The position numbers and the translations under genes are program-made. Positions 62,849-64,000 of a DNA stretch of 64,000 bases are shown here, one piece after another (position 1 is the stretch's first letter; every line of letters starts with the position of its first letter). This DNA comes from an uncultured Methanoregulaceae archaeon. GTDB lineage: Archaea > Halobacteriota > Methanomicrobia > Methanomicrobiales > Methanospirillaceae. The notes under the pieces were generated by a model. The model saw only the letters and a program-made list of their open reading frames with translations, did no database searches and was not told the DNA's origin. The stretch lies in NCBI GenBank assembly GCA_963841015.1, contig CAWJAX010000003.1, positions 416,001-480,000 of the forward strand. Direction: 5' to 3'.

Positions 62849-62885
62849 ATTTTTTTATTGAAAAACTCTACCCAATTCCTTTACC

Positions 62886-64000
62886 TCACCCCGCCTCCCA
62901 TTTCTTTCGGATACCCTGTCCTGCTAAAAAACCCGTTGAGAACGCGGCCTGCAGGTTGTATCCACCAGTATCACCATCTATATCCAGCACTTCACCGGCA
63001 AAATAGAGATTCGGTATACTTTTTGATTCCATGGTTTTCAGATTCACGCCGTCAAGCGCAACCCCGCCCCGGGTCACCATCGCAACCGAATAACCGCCAG
63101 GTGCCTCAACGGTCAGCGGGAATTGTGTGCAGCTGGTGATCAGGCATGATCGTTGTTCAGCAGAGAAATGATTGCACTTCAGATCGTCCGGTATCCCCGT
63201 TAACTTCAGAAGTTTCCGGTTAAGGCGTTCCGGGATCGGGTATGCAGCAAGTATGGTACTGATCTGCCAGCTCCGGTGTTCCTCCACACGACTAGTGAGA
63301 TCAGCAGCAAACTCCTCACGCTTCAGGTTTCCCACAAATGAGAGTTGAATGACGTCATCCGGCTGAATGTCCCGCGAAGCATCAAGGATGCCCGGCCCTG
63401 ACAAACCAAGGTGGGTGAACAGGACATCTCCCCTGCGATCTGCTATTTTTTTCCCGGCCCGCCAGATCGAGAACCGCATGCCTTCAAACGAGATACCCGC
63501 GAGTGCTGCAAACGGGTAATTCCTGATAAGCAGGGGAGTGAGGGCGGGTGCAATTGCGGTTACCTGCTGACCCAGGGATGCAGAAATCCGATACCCGTCC
63601 CCGGTCGATCCTGTCTTTGGATAGGATGCTCCACCGGTTGCAATGACAAGAACCGGAGAAAGATAGGTGGTTTTCGGCGTTGTTATCTCAAAACCTTCAT
63701 CAGTCCGATTCACACGGGTTGCCGGCTCGCCACAATGAAAATTGACGCCCCGATCTTTGCATTCTTTTATGAGCAGGGCGAGAACGTCTGCTGACCGGAG
63801 AGTTTCCGGGAACACTTTGCCGTTCTCTTCTGTAATCATAGCAAGCCCGCGAGTGCAGAAGAATTCGATGAGATCCTGGTTGGTGAACCCGAATAAGGCG
63901 GGTTTTACCTGTTTTCCATGATCTCCATAATGAGAAATGAAATCACGGATTTCTCCGCCGTGAGTGATATTGCATTGCCCGGATCCGGAAAGGAGGAGCT
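62886..64000 (-). CDS. HI0933/BaiN family flavoprotein (5' end outside window)
   Basis: SGSGQCNITH at the edge, ATGGASYP..GSTGDG, FTH.GLSGP, GGYNLQAAFSTG. Confidence 0.92.
   Translation of the reverse strand, partial: LLLSGSGQCNITHGGEIRDFISHYGDHGKQVKPALFGFTNQDLIEFFCTRGLAMITEENGKVFPETLRSADVLALLIKECKDRGVNFHCGEPATRVNRTDEGFEITTPKTTYLSPVLVIATGGASYPKTGSTGDGYRISASLGQQVTAIAPALTPLLIRNYPFAALAGISFEGMRFSIWRAGKKIADRRGDVLFTHLGLSGPGILDASRDIQPDDVIQLSFVGNLKREEFAADLTSRVEEHRSWQISTILAAYPIPERLNRKLLKLTGIPDDLKCNHFSAEQRSCLITSCTQFPLTVEAPGGYSVAMVTRGGVALDGVNLKTMESKSIPNLYFAGEVLDIDGDTGGYNLQAAFSTGFLAGQGIRKKWEAG

Overview
Archaeal chromosomal window, most likely from a Methanomicrobiales (Methanoregula-like) methanogen. 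That call rests on gene content: archaellin, TFE, aTrm56, pelota, ABCE1, the DUF39 homocysteine operon, a sirC-hemA...hemB-hemL-hemC-cobA tetrapyrrole cluster and CCA-less tRNAs. It carries about 60 CDS, tRNA-Leu(GAG) and tRNA-Gly(GCC). The most striking feature is non-coding. At least 12 copies of a modular, non-autonomous repeat family lie in intergenic DNA. They share a ~12-bp terminal inverted repeat (consensus GRCTCTGKAGAA), and two copies have perfect 8-bp target-site duplications. They are built from interchangeable GC-rich modules (A ~200 bp, B ~240 bp, C ~255 bp) joined at a palindromic TTTC-N4-GAAA junction, and one stem in module B shows compensatory base changes between copies. Every copy sits downstream of at least one gene 3' end. 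A decayed IS1595-like transposase N-terminus at ~6.6 kb points to a possible mobilising family. Other notable items: an unannotated 26-aa Lys/Ala-rich microprotein with TATA box and RBS, a ribosome-rescue gene cluster, a ~300-nt structured intergenic segment, and a tetrapyrrole operon split by a ~4.4-kb block. Seven genes, including alaS, carry single-base frameshifts that are probably assembly errors. All calls were made by eye; no database search was run.
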